Below, piece by piece: positions 14,901 to 27,900 of a stretch of 64,000 nucleotides of DNA (position 1 is the stretch's first letter; every line of letters starts with the position of its first letter). A program made the translations under genes and the position numbers. The DNA is taken from NCBI RefSeq assembly GCF_006345805.1, contig NW_021833113.1, forward strand, positions 1 to 64,000. The letters are read 5' to 3'. The stretch is from Octopus sinensis (lineage: Eukaryota). Below the pieces are notes generated by a model. It was not told the DNA's origin, searched no databases, and worked only from the letters and a program-made list of their open reading frames with translations.

Positions 14901-15498
14901 TGCTTTTACATGCCACCAACACGGGGGCCAGACAGAGCTGGCTAACGGCCACGAAACGGATGGTGCTTTTACGTGTCACCGGCACGGGGGCCAGGCGAGG
15001 CTGGCAACGGGCACGGACGGATGGTGCTTTTACATGCCACCGACATGGGGGCCAGACAGGGCTGGCAAACGGCCACGAACGGATGGTGCTTTTACGTGTC
15101 ACCGGCACGGGGGCCAGGCGAGGCTGGCAACGGACACGAACGGATGGTGCTTTTACATGTCACCGACATGGGGGCCATATATATATATCATCGTCATCAT
15201 CATGTGACCGACCAGGCCATCAGATGTTGCTACACATCGCTGGTCACAATGCGCTTCACATTGTTTTAGCCTTCAAATGATGCCACCCCGCTGGCTAAGC
15301 GAGCAGGCCAACAGAAGAAAGAGTGAGAGAAAGTTGCAGCGAAAGAGTACAACAGGGATTGCCCCCCCCCCCTGTCGGAGCCTTGTGGAGCTTTAGGTGT
15401 TTTCACTCAATAAACACTCACAACACCCGGTCTGGGAATCGAAACCGCGATCCTACGACCGCGATTCCGCTGCCCTAACCATTGGGCCATTGCGTCTC

Positions 15499-15548
<50 letters not shown>

Positions 15549-16102
15549 AGTGGTTTGCATTAGCTGTAAAGACCATGCCAAATCAGACTGGAAACCTGGT
15601 GAAGCCCTCTGGCATACCAGTTCTGTCAAACCATCCAACCTATCCCAGATTGGAAAATAGACATGAAATGGTGTGATGATGATGATGGTGTGTGTGTGTG
15701 TGTTTGTGTGCCAATAACCGCTGAGTGGCTCCTGTCCTGGTGGCACGTAAAAAGCACCCACTACTCTCTCAGAGTGGTTGGCATTAGGAAGGGCATGCAG
15801 CTGTAGAAACCCTGCCAGACTAGATTGGAGCCTGATGCAACTGCTGGCTCTCCAGACCTCAGTCAAACAGTCCAACCCATGCCGACATGGAAAACAGACG
15901 TTAATCAATGATGAGGAGGATATATATATATATAACGCTAACATGGCAGTCCAGAAAAATAGGACGAATGCTGCCATTGATTAGCTCCAAGACAGCAGCA
16001 TTCGTCCTATTTTTCTGGACAGCCATGTTAGCTTGGCAATAACTATTAATATCCAACACTGCTGTCGTAGTCCCCTTAAAGAGAATTAGAAATAATGATA
16101 TT

Positions 16103-16147
<45 letters not shown>

Positions 16148-17387
16148 GCATTTACATATGTGTCTGTGTGTCTACATTAATATCAAATAATGACAATGAG
16201 TGCTTAACACCACACAGGTGGATGAAGATTCTTTGTTTGTGGGTGAAGGCTACCATTGGTTTTATGTTTAGGAAGCCCTCAACAATTATCAAGTTAATCA
16301 CGTGGAACATCAATGCTTTTCTCAGTTTTGTGTGTGTATTAATTTTCACTCTATCTGTGCATGCAACTGCATAAAAAAGGGACTTAATGCTATGTCTAAT
16401 GCCATTAATGTACACCTTCTATTCTATATAATATACACAGCTTGCTATATCTATGAAGTATGCTGCTTGCTATATGTAGTACACATAGTCTGTTATATGT
16501 AATATTCACAGCTTGCTATATCTATGAAGTATGCTGCTTGCTATATGTAGTACGCATAGTCTGTTATATGTAATATTCACAGCTTGCTGTAACGTAGCTT
16601 TAACAATAACAGTTTGTATAAACTAACATTTTCAAATATATTTGCCATTTGAAACCTTGACTTTCTAGAAACAGTCACTGTGATGAATATATGCATAGAC
16701 ACAGTTTGCAGGTATTGACTGAACAGATGGACAGTGTGTGCAAGTGTTGACTGTGCAGGTGTTGACAGGACAGAAGGACACAGTGTGCAGGTGTTGACTG
16801 TACAGATGGACACAGTGTGCAGGTATTGACTGTACAGATGGACACAGTATACAGATGTTGACTGAACAGATGGACAGTGTGTGCAAGTGTTGACTGTGCA
16901 CGTGTTGACAGGACAGAAGGACACAGTGTGCAGGTGTTGACTGTACAGATGGACACAGTGTGCAGGTGTTGACTGGACAGATGGACAGTGTGTGCAAGTG
17001 TTGACTGTGCACGTGTTGACAGGACAGATGGACACAGTGTGCAGGTGTTGACTGGACAGATGGACACAGTGTACAGATGTTGACTGAACAGATGGACACA
17101 GTGTGCAGATGTTGACTGGATATATAAAAAGTGTTGATTTCTTCAACTAAAACCCTTTAAGGCAGTGCTCCAGCACGGCCACAGTCAAATGGCTGAAACA
17201 AGTAAAAGAATAAAATAATTCATATATATATGTATATATACATATATATATAATATATATACGAGGGATGTATGAAATGTCTTGACCCTCAAAAAGACAA
17301 AACTTGGTACAAGACTTCTGATAAATGTGCAAGTCTTCAAGGCTTAAAGGCTTTCTTTGAAGGCTCGAAACTTTACATACACCCCTC

Positions 17388-17434
<47 letters not shown>

Positions 17435-17539
17435 TATAAAAGTATATGTATGTATATGAATAAATATATATGTACATACATAAATGTTATATATGCACAC
17501 ATTTATACACAAACCCTCTCACTACGACACACAGACACT

Positions 17540-17570
<31 letters not shown>

Positions 17571-18438
17571 TTACACCTCTCCCTTTCTGTCTCTCAGTGA
17601 CATGCAAATGTAACACTAAACTGCTCTCCACAAAAATCTGTGACTGCAAACTGCAGTTGTCCAACTCTTATAAACATCTCTCTCTCTCTCTCTCTTTGGT
17701 GACCACCACCAGCTAACTATGGATACCTGGACTTCTCTGACGTCTGCCAACACTACCTGGGGAAGTTCGGCCTCTACACTGCTATCACCTGTTCCCTGAT
17801 GTCCCTTGTCGGAGGCATGATCGTCTATTGGATATTGATGAGTAATTTTCTATACAACACCGTGTCTTTTTTTGCAAGTAAGTCAGTATTCGTTTCATGT
17901 AACCCTGATATTCTGTGGATGTGAAGAGCAAGCCTTCTATGTCTGCATTGGTTTGTGAGATGTGCAACAGTATTATGCAATGAATAACATACAAACTAGT
18001 ACAGACTTGTAAAATAATATATTAAACACTAAAATAAATCATTTTTCCATGATGTTGGCTGCAAAACATTCATCATTTTATGAATATCAACTGGTGAAAT
18101 AAATACATTTATCTCATAGCTCCAGACTTTCTTTATATTCCATATATATATATATATATATATATCATCATCATCGTCGTCGTTGTTTAGCGTCCGCTTT
18201 CCATGCTAGCATGGGTTGGACGGTTCAACTGGGGTCTGTTAAGCCAGAAGGCTGCACCAGGCCCAGTCTGATCTGGCAATGTTTCTACGGCTGGATGACC
18301 TTCCTAACGCCAACCACTCCATGAGTGTAGTGGGTGCTTTTTACGTGCCACCGGCACAGGTGCCAGATGAGTCTGGCAAACGGCCACGAACGGATGGTGC
18401 TTTTTATATATAAATTCGAAATAACCTACCTTTTTCTA

Positions 18439-18490
<52 letters not shown>

Positions 18491-18587
18491 TATATTTTGT
18501 GAATTTGATTTAGTATTTCTAATTGAATTTTTCCCTGTAAGTTTGGAATAATATTCCCTCATATTATTGTTATATATATATACATAC

Positions 18588-18658
<71 letters not shown>

Positions 18659-21228
18659 CTCACACTCACACACACACATACATATGTATGTATTCAAAAA
18701 TATAAGGAAAGGAACAAGTAAATCACAGACTACAATTGTTTCATAGCTAAAATAATGTTGGTTACAGAATTTGTAACATGCATGAAACTTGTTTAACAAA
18801 TGCTGAGGTCCTAATACCTTTCAGTCTTTTATAGTGTAGCAGTGAGTTAAACAAATGATTTATCAAATTAGCAACACCACATATGAGTGGCTGTGTGGTA
18901 AGTAGCTTGCTAACCAACCACATGGTTCCGGGTTCAGTCCCACTACGTGGCACCTTGGGCAAGTGTCTTCTACTATAGCCTCGGGCCGACCAATGCCTTG
19001 TGAGTGGATTTGGTAGACGGAAACTGAAAGAAGCCCATCGTATATATGTATATAAATATATGCGTGTGTGTGTTTGTGCGTCTGTGTTTGTTCCCCTAGT
19101 GTTGCTTGACAACCGATGCTGGTGTGTTTATGTCCCCGTTACTTAGCGGTTCGGCAAAAGAGACCGATAGAATAAGTACTGGGCTTACAAAAGAATAAGT
19201 TCCAGGGTCGAGTTGCTCGATTAAAGGCAGTGCTCCAGCATGGCCACAGTCAACTGACTGAAACAAGTAAAAGAGTAAAAAGAGTAAGATATATGTGTGT
19301 GTGTGTTTTGAAATAATTTACTAAAATATTTTGTTTGAATTGATATTTAAATTGTAATTTAAGATGGTCAATCTTTCAACTAATTATTTACCATTCTTCG
19401 AAGCCCCACTCATGTATATACCCATTTATACACACACTTATATATATGTATATATCATCAATGTCATCAACATATATGTATGTGTGTGTGTATGTATGTG
19501 TGTGTGTGTGTATAATCATCATCATTTAGTGTTCGTTGTCCATGCTGGCATGGGTTGGACAGTTTGACCAGGGCTGGCAAGGCTGGAAGGCTGCACCAGA
19601 CCCCAGTCTGATATGGCATGGTTCCTATGGCTCGATTCCCTTCCCAATGCCAAACCCTCCAAGTGTGTAATGGGTCTCATTTGCATGACTCCTATATCTG
19701 CCATGACTGCGATTTTCCTCAGGGTCTCCTTCTCAAGCATGACATAAGGCCAAAGGTCACGGTCATTGCCACCGTGAGGCCCAACACTCAAAAGGAACTC
19801 AGCCACTTTGCCTCTGTGAAGCCTGACACTTGAAAGGTACTTTTGCGTGCCTGTTACGTGACCCCGGCATCAGCCATGACTACCGTTTCACTTGGCTTGA
19901 CAGGTCTTCTCAATCGCATCCTCCTGCCAATACACACATATGTACGTATGTCCTCAGCTTAAACATGTTATCGTTATCACTGTTTAATGTGGAATTCTTT
20001 CTTTCTTTCTCAATTCTCAGAAACTTCAACAGGCAACGATTCAGGTAAGTTCCATTGATATGATACATATATATTCAAAATGTGACCGCATAGGTATCGT
20101 TGGCGATTTTTTTCCCTCCGTCTTCCCTTTCTTGGATCTTTCCTTTTGATATGTTTCTGACGAAGAGCTCCGCTCGAAACGTTAAATCCTCCTTCTTTCC
20201 TTCCTTCCAGAGCATCCAATAACACTATACTTGTTCCACGTCCTCGTGTTGTTGTGTTTTCTCTTTGTGTTTTCATGTTTGGATTAACTATATATATATA
20301 TATATAATATATATATATATATACACACACATACATACATACATATATATATATGATGGCTGTCCATTTGTGACCAAGGAAGACCATTGCTGACCTTCAG
20401 GAACAATGTATGCTCTACAACTAACTTATATTTTGCATTTGCAGCTCCATTGGTGGCTAATGAGCCCTGCTCTTGACAAGCATACACAACTGCAAACATT
20501 GCAGACCAAGCTTTCCCCATTCACTACACCAGCCGTGTGCTTTCAAGCTGCATGCTTAAGTTCTTCATGCTGAATACGTGCACTCTCAAGGGTGCAATTT
20601 AGATAAAATTTCCTCTGTATTAACATCCTAGGTTTCTTAGCATCTTGCCCCTTTAACTGGTAATTAACATCAAGATTTAAAGTCTCCCTTTACCCAAACC
20701 ATTTTTTATGGACAGTTACTCTATATCCAATTGGCTACTCCTAATGTCTTCTATCCTAGCCATGATCTGTCAACTGACTCTTGCCCTTCATTCAGAACAG
20801 ACACATTCTTCTAGTCTTAGATTTAGTAGTTGATAAAGAGATAAATGAATTAGAAATGAACCACAATCCTTTACAAGCTTTGACCGCAATGAGCTCCGTG
20901 CGATTCTTGGAAGTGTAGTCTATGACCCCACTATGCTCCATACAATTCTTAGAAGTTGTAGTTTATTCTTAGCCACAATAATGACAACATGAATCTCTTC
21001 CATCTTCTTGCTCTGTTGAAGTATTTTAGAAAAATTATATTAATGTGTCCAACTGGTTAAATTTCCATTAATTTATTTGTACAGCTGAAGATAGCATTGT
21101 ATTTAAATTGATGAAATGGTTGCATTGTTCAATTAAATGGAGCCACTTGAAACAGTCGTACTGCATCACTACATGATATCCTGTTGCTTCAACTTAAGTA
21201 CCTAATTCAACTTAATTCTCAATTATTT

Positions 21229-21289
<61 letters not shown>

Positions 21290-21733
21290 CAAATTAAAGT
21301 TGTAAGTTGTAAGATACCGCACGAGTGGAAATGTATATGAAAGACAGTTTGAAAATGCAATTTTGAAGATGTTTAGTCACTTTGACCGGTTTCATTTTTC
21401 TAAAAGAGTGAAACTGGTCAAGTGAATAAACGTCTTCAAAATTGCATTTTCAAACCATCTTTCATATATATATATGTGTGGTAAGTAGCTTGCTAACCAA
21501 CCACATGGTTCCGGGTTCAGTCCCACTGCGTGGCATCTTGGGCAAGTGTCTTCTGCTATAGCCCCGGGCCGACTAATGCCTTGTGAGTGAATTTGGTAGA
21601 CGGAAACTGAAAGAAGCGGTCCTTTGTTTTCTTCTTTCTTATTTGTGTCTCTCCTTACTAACCATCAGCCATTCCGAAATATAACAATATCTGTTTCAAC
21701 ACGCGACTTCACATAAAAAATCTTGCACAACAA

Positions 21734-21769
<36 letters not shown>

Positions 21770-21810
21770 CACACACACAACACACATATTCAACACTATA
21801 ACACTCCCTC

Positions 21811-21888
<78 letters not shown>

Positions 21889-24800
21889 ACACACATATTC
21901 TACACTATAACAGATATACATTTTTCTGTTGCTTAGTCCTCTGCCCCACCAGCGACAACACCAACACCAGCAACATCACCGACCAGCTGTCCGTCAACTT
22001 CGAAAGTCTATATACACTCGCTAACCCAGACATCAATGTCAGACTCTACAACAAAGTATGGGACCTCACCTCAACGGTTCCGGTCTTCTTGCTTCTTCTT
22101 CTCTTTCCTCTGCTCAACTTCAAGTCGCCGACCTTCTTTACCAAATTCAATTCCTTAGGTAGGTACACGATTTTCATGTAATGTGATTCATCTCATCTCT
22201 TTGATTATTAACCTCATAAATTTAACACTGCTCTGACTACTATGAAGATGGCCACGGGTGTGACCGAGTGTTGAGCTGATCTTTTAGTTTGACATAAAAC
22301 CAATGACCCAAGCTGCTTATAATATATCAGCAACAGCTACTGGACTGTAAACAGCCCAATATTAAATGCTCCAGCATGGCCACAGTCAAATGACTGAAAC
22401 AAGTAAAAGAGTAAAGAGTATATATATATATATATATATGAATATATATATATGAAAAAACAAGTCAAAATAGAAAATGCTAAAATAAATTTATAAAGAA
22501 CATTTCAGTACCAGTTTCGGTCATTTTGAGACCTTTTCAACTGTAACGATTAAATAATTAAATTTAGAAAAATTAGAAGAAAAGTTTTTTCAAAGGAATA
22601 TTTGTATAGTGTTCGGTTGGTGCCTTTCTCTGTCTCCCTTGTTTGCACTTGTGTGTTCGAGGTCGTATATATATATATACCATCATCTTTATTGCCGTTT
22701 AAAGTCTAATCTCCATGCTGGCATAGCTTGCATGGCCAGGTTGGATCCAGTGAACTACAAGACTGTATTATGTTTCGTATGTTCCATGTCAGCTTTAGCA
22801 TCGTTTCTACAGCTGGATAACCTTCCTAGCAGCGACCACTTTACAGAATGTACTGGGTGCTTTTTTCATGGCACCAGCATCAGTGGGGTCACCTTGTAAT
22901 TTTCAAGAAAAGACAAAGCCCCCTCAAGTGGTAAGAGGAATTGTATTGATGGAACCTGCTTTTTACCATTTATATGGAGTGGAGTGAAAAACATTGGAAG
23001 CGGCCAGGATAATGCATGAAAAACTCGAGAGGGATTTAAAGAAGAATGTTGTGATTGGAAAAGTGAATTACAATGACCTTTTTCGTGTGCACAGTTTGTG
23101 ACAGACCATGCCTTTCTTTTGCTGGGCTCAAATCTCATTTGCGAACCCATGGAAAACAAACTATTCTGCCTATATATCTGTGCACACTTTCCATTTGGTA
23201 GACGGATTTGGTAGACAGAAACTGAAAGAAGCCTGTCGTATATATATGTATATATATATATGTGTGTGTATGTGTTTGTCTCCCTGGTGTGTTTACGTCC
23301 CCGTCACTTAGCGGTTCGGCAAAAGAGACCGATAGAATAAGTACTGGGCTTACAAAGAATAAGTCCCGGGTTCAATTTGCTCGACTAAAAGGTGGTGCTC
23401 CAGCATGGCCGCAGTCAATAATATGTCGTATATATGGGTGTATATATGTCATAAGGTCTGCAAATCTAACGGAGGGGGCCTTAAAAGACATTTTAAGATC
23501 CACAAAGATCAGAACTTCACTGCAGCTCTTGGTGGTCCAAAATGGTTATATGATCTACGTGGGTGTCTTTCCAATACATTGTCTGGTTTAAAAAGCCACA
23601 TCAGATGCCATGATGGAACTAAGGTATAAGTACAAGAGGTGGTCAAACTCTGCACAAGAAGCAGACAACTGCCATACATACATGCATCATCATCATCATC
23701 ATCGTTTAGCGTCGGCTTTCCATGCTAGCATGGGTTGGACGGTTCAACTGGGGTCTGTGAAGCCACGGACGGATGGTGCTTTTTACGTGCCACAGGCGAG
23801 GCTGGCAACGGACACGAACGGATGGTGCTACGTGCCACCAGCACGGGGGCCAGGCCAGGCTGGCAACGGCCACGGACGGATGGTGCTACGTGCCACCAGC
23901 ATGGGGGCCAGGCCAGGCTGGCAACGGCCACGGACGGATGGTGCTACGTGCCACCAGCACGGGGGCCAGGCCAGGCTGGCAACGGCCACGGACGGATGGT
24001 GCTACGTGCCACTAGCATGGGGGCCAGGCCAGGCTGGCAACGGCCACGGACGGATGGTGCTACGTGCCACCAGCACGGGGGCCAGGCCAGGCTGGCAACG
24101 GCCACGGACGGATGGTGCTACGTGCCACCAGCACGGGGGCCAGGCCAGGCTGGCAACGGCCACGGACGGATGGTGCTACGTGCCACCAGCACGGGGGCCA
24201 GGCAAGGCTGGCAATGGCCACGAATGGATGGTGCTACGTGCCACCCGCACAGGTGCCAGATGGAGCTGGCAGACGGCCAGACGGATGGTGCTTTTTACGT
24301 GCAAATATATATATGTGTGCGTGTGTTTCTTTCTTGAATGTATATTTTAATGCTATAATTTGTTGCAGCTACCATCTCTGTGACATACTTAATGATATTC
24401 ACAGTGGTGAAGGCCACCAAGTGGGGTGTCAATATTGAATTTAAGGACAAATTTTCTGAACATTACTCACCAAGTAAGTTACCTTCTCTTTTTCTTTCTC
24501 ATCCCCCCCCCCTTCAGCCTCGTTTACAATATATATTTTCTCTCCTTCTCTCATCATCATCATTTAACATGTGCTCTCCATCTTGGACAGTTTGCCTGGA
24601 GCTGATTAGTTGGAGAGCTGCACCATATTCCAGCTGACTTGGCACGGTTTCTGCAGCCAAATGACCTTCCTAATGCTGACCACTCCAGGAATATAATGAG
24701 TGCTTTTATGTGCCACCAGCATGGGTGCCATTATATAATAAAAATAATAATAATAATAATAAACATTGTGTACAGTGCTCAGGTGCACTACAACTCATCT

Positions 24801-24944
24801 AAAGTGTATGTATAATCAGGTGTAGTTTCGGCGGATTTCGGAAAGCATGAGGGCCTTAAAGGATGCAGTGTCATGGCAGTCAACAACTGACGCAGGCAGT
24901 TTATTCCATGCTTCAGCAACTCTGAGCGTGAAAAAAATATATAC

Positions 24945-24997
<53 letters not shown>

Positions 24998-27900
24998 AAT
25001 AATTGTGTACAGTGCTCAGGTGCACTACAACTCATCTAAAGTGTATATATAATCAGGTGTAGTTTCGGCGGATTTCGGAAAGCATGAGGGCCTTAAAGGA
25101 TGCAGTGTCATGGCAGTCAACAACTGACGCAGGCAGTTTATTCCATGCTTCAGCAACTCTGAGCGTGAAAAAATGTTTCCGAAAGTCATGGAAGGAGCTG
25201 TGTTGTTTTCTGACTTTGTAGGCATGTCCACGTGTGTTAGACACATGGAGATCAAAAAGGTGTTCAGTGTTGTTGTTGTTGGTGAGGTGGTTGATAACTT
25301 TGTGGGTGTTTACCAAGTCCGTCGCCAGACGCCGGAGCTTCAGTGAATCCATGCCCAGGGAAACAAGGCGCTCAGAATATGGTAGGTGTCTGATGGAGGG
25401 TATGCGTTTGGTTGCACGTCTCTGGACAGATTCCAGGAGGTCAATGTTCTGTGCAAGATAGGGGTTCCAAACTGATGATGCGAATTCCAAGTGTGGTCGT
25501 ACCATAGCTGTATACAGTTTTAAATAGATGATACTGTAACTTTCGGATATTAGAATGTTGAATTATTTATTCATTTTACAAACGAGATCATCAATAGCAT
25601 ACATATATACCTTATAATTCAATACATATAAGAGAAGAATACAAATTATAAAAATCATAATATAAATTATTGAAACCATTAAAATCACTTGTGTCTACTA
25701 AACTCTGTCTGTGTGTTGCTTTCTCTAGATATCTCCTCAAACCTTGCGGCCCTCACGGGTATTGCAGCTCTCGCATATTTCATTCACAACTGTGTCCTCT
25801 CCATCTTGAGATCTCACAAGAAACCAGAAAATGGGGTTAGTATACCTTTTATTATCATTATTATTATCATTTTTAAGAGGCAAGCTGGCAGAAGCGTTAG
25901 CATACTAGATGAAATGCTTAGTGGTATTTTGCCCGTCGCTACGTTCTGAGTTCAAATTCTGCTGGGGTTGACTTTGTTTTTCATGTTTTCAGGATCGATA
26001 AATTAAGTACCAGTGATACACTGGGGTTGATGTATTTGGTTAGTCTCTTCCCTGGATTATCATTATTATTATTATTAAGATGGCAAGCTGGCAGAATCGT
26101 TAGCACACCAGGTGAAATGCTTATTAACGTTTTGTCCATCTTTACATTCTGAGTTCAAAATCCACCAAAGTCAACTTTGCCTTTCATCCTTTTAGGGTTG
26201 ATAAATTAAGTACCAGTGAAACACTGGGGTCAATGTAATCGACTAGTCCCCTCCCTGCAAATTTCAGGCCTTGTACCTTCAGTAAAAATGATTATTATCA
26301 TTATTATTAGACAATATGGAGGAGTGGCTGTGTGGTAAGTAGCTTGCTAATCAACCACATGGTTCCGGGTTCAGTCCCACTGCGTGGCATCTTGGGCAAG
26401 TGTCTTCTGCTATCGCCCCGGGCCGACCAAAGCCTTGTGAGTGGATTTGGTAGATGGAAACTGAAAGAAGCCTGTCGTATATATGTATCAGGCTCCAGTC
26501 TGATCTGGCAGTGTTTCTACAGCTGGATGCCCTTCCTAACACTAACCACTGAGTGTAGTGGGTGCTTTTTACGTGCCAGGAGCTGGGGCTGGGAGCAGTC
26601 ACAATCGGTTGGTGCCTTTTATGTGCCACCAGCACCTGTGTTGAAAAAAGGGGAATAACCTTGAAACCCTGGTCCACAGATATTGCTCTGTGCTGGGAAT
26701 GCTGGACTCCCCTGTTCGAAAATAGAAGGACCCATATAGTGGATCATATAACCAGCTGGAGACAATGTTTTCTGGGGCTAAACAAAAGGTAGCATCCATT
26801 CCAACCAGGACTTCCCATATTATTTTGGTAGGTAATCTTTACTTTATTGTTACTGTATGTCCCTCGTTGAGAGATTTGGGAACAATAATGTTTCAAATGA
26901 TCATCAGACACACCTGTATATCTGTATGTATATTTATCTCTCCGCTACAGGTACGAGATCTCACCATCGCATTCTTCCTCGTCTGTTTCACGTACATCTT
27001 TATCGGAGTTGGACTCTACATTTCATTTCCACTTCAAAAATCCTGCATCCAAGATGTAAGTACACACTTTCACTCACACTCCGAGTTGTCTATTGTTCTA
27101 ATAACGTCCCATGAAGTTGTGGAAGATTTTGGGATTCTGCTGCAGAAGGAGGTGTTGGTACTCGAATTCAAGGAATTTGGCCCTTTTGTTGACTTGGTCA
27201 TCTTTTTCTTTTCACTTTACTCTTCTACTTGTTTCAGTCATTTGACTGCGGCCATGCTGGAGCACCGCCTTTAATCGAGCAACTCGACCCCAGGACTTAT
27301 TCTTTTGTAAGCCCAGTACTTATTCTATCGGTCTCTTTTGCTGAACCGCTAAGTAACGGGGACATAAACACACCAGCATCGATTGTCAAGCTATGCTAAG
27401 GGGACAAACACAGACACAAACATATACACACGCATACACACACACATATATATATATATATATACATATAATATACGACGGGCTTCTTTCAGTTTCCATC
27501 TACCAAATCCACTCACAAGGCTTTGGTCGGCCTGGGGCTATAGCAGAACACACTTGCCCAAGATGCCACGCAGTGGGACTGAACCCGGAACCATGTGGTT
27601 GGTAAGCAAACTACTTACCACACAGCCAATGAAAACTTATAAGTGATCACTGTGTAACGACTAAAGTAATTAGTCTAATATTGGAGGTTATAAGTCCTCA
27701 ACAGAAAAGCAGTGGGGTTTTCTGTAAAACAAGAAATATATATAGGCATGGCTGTGTGGTTACATGAAAAATGGACGTCTCATATCTGAGACTAGCAGCA
27801 TAGCCCGGCGTTGCCTGGGTATGTAAGAGCCCCTAGTAGGCAATGACTAATCCCAATCTAGTCCTTTCCCTCTAGGGAACGAATGTCTTCTCTTCACTCT

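Noticed and set aside
22503-22545. Further hammerhead on minus (cag-TTGAAAA-ggtc..gacc-GAAACTGGT-A-ctg)
   Set aside because: Stems fit but two core positions deviate; treated as a decayed remnant, not a functional RNA.
23405-23629. C2H2 zinc-finger gene from the cephalopod expansion
   Set aside because: Fingers are degenerate, lack TGEKP linkers and resemble an RTE LINE C-terminus.
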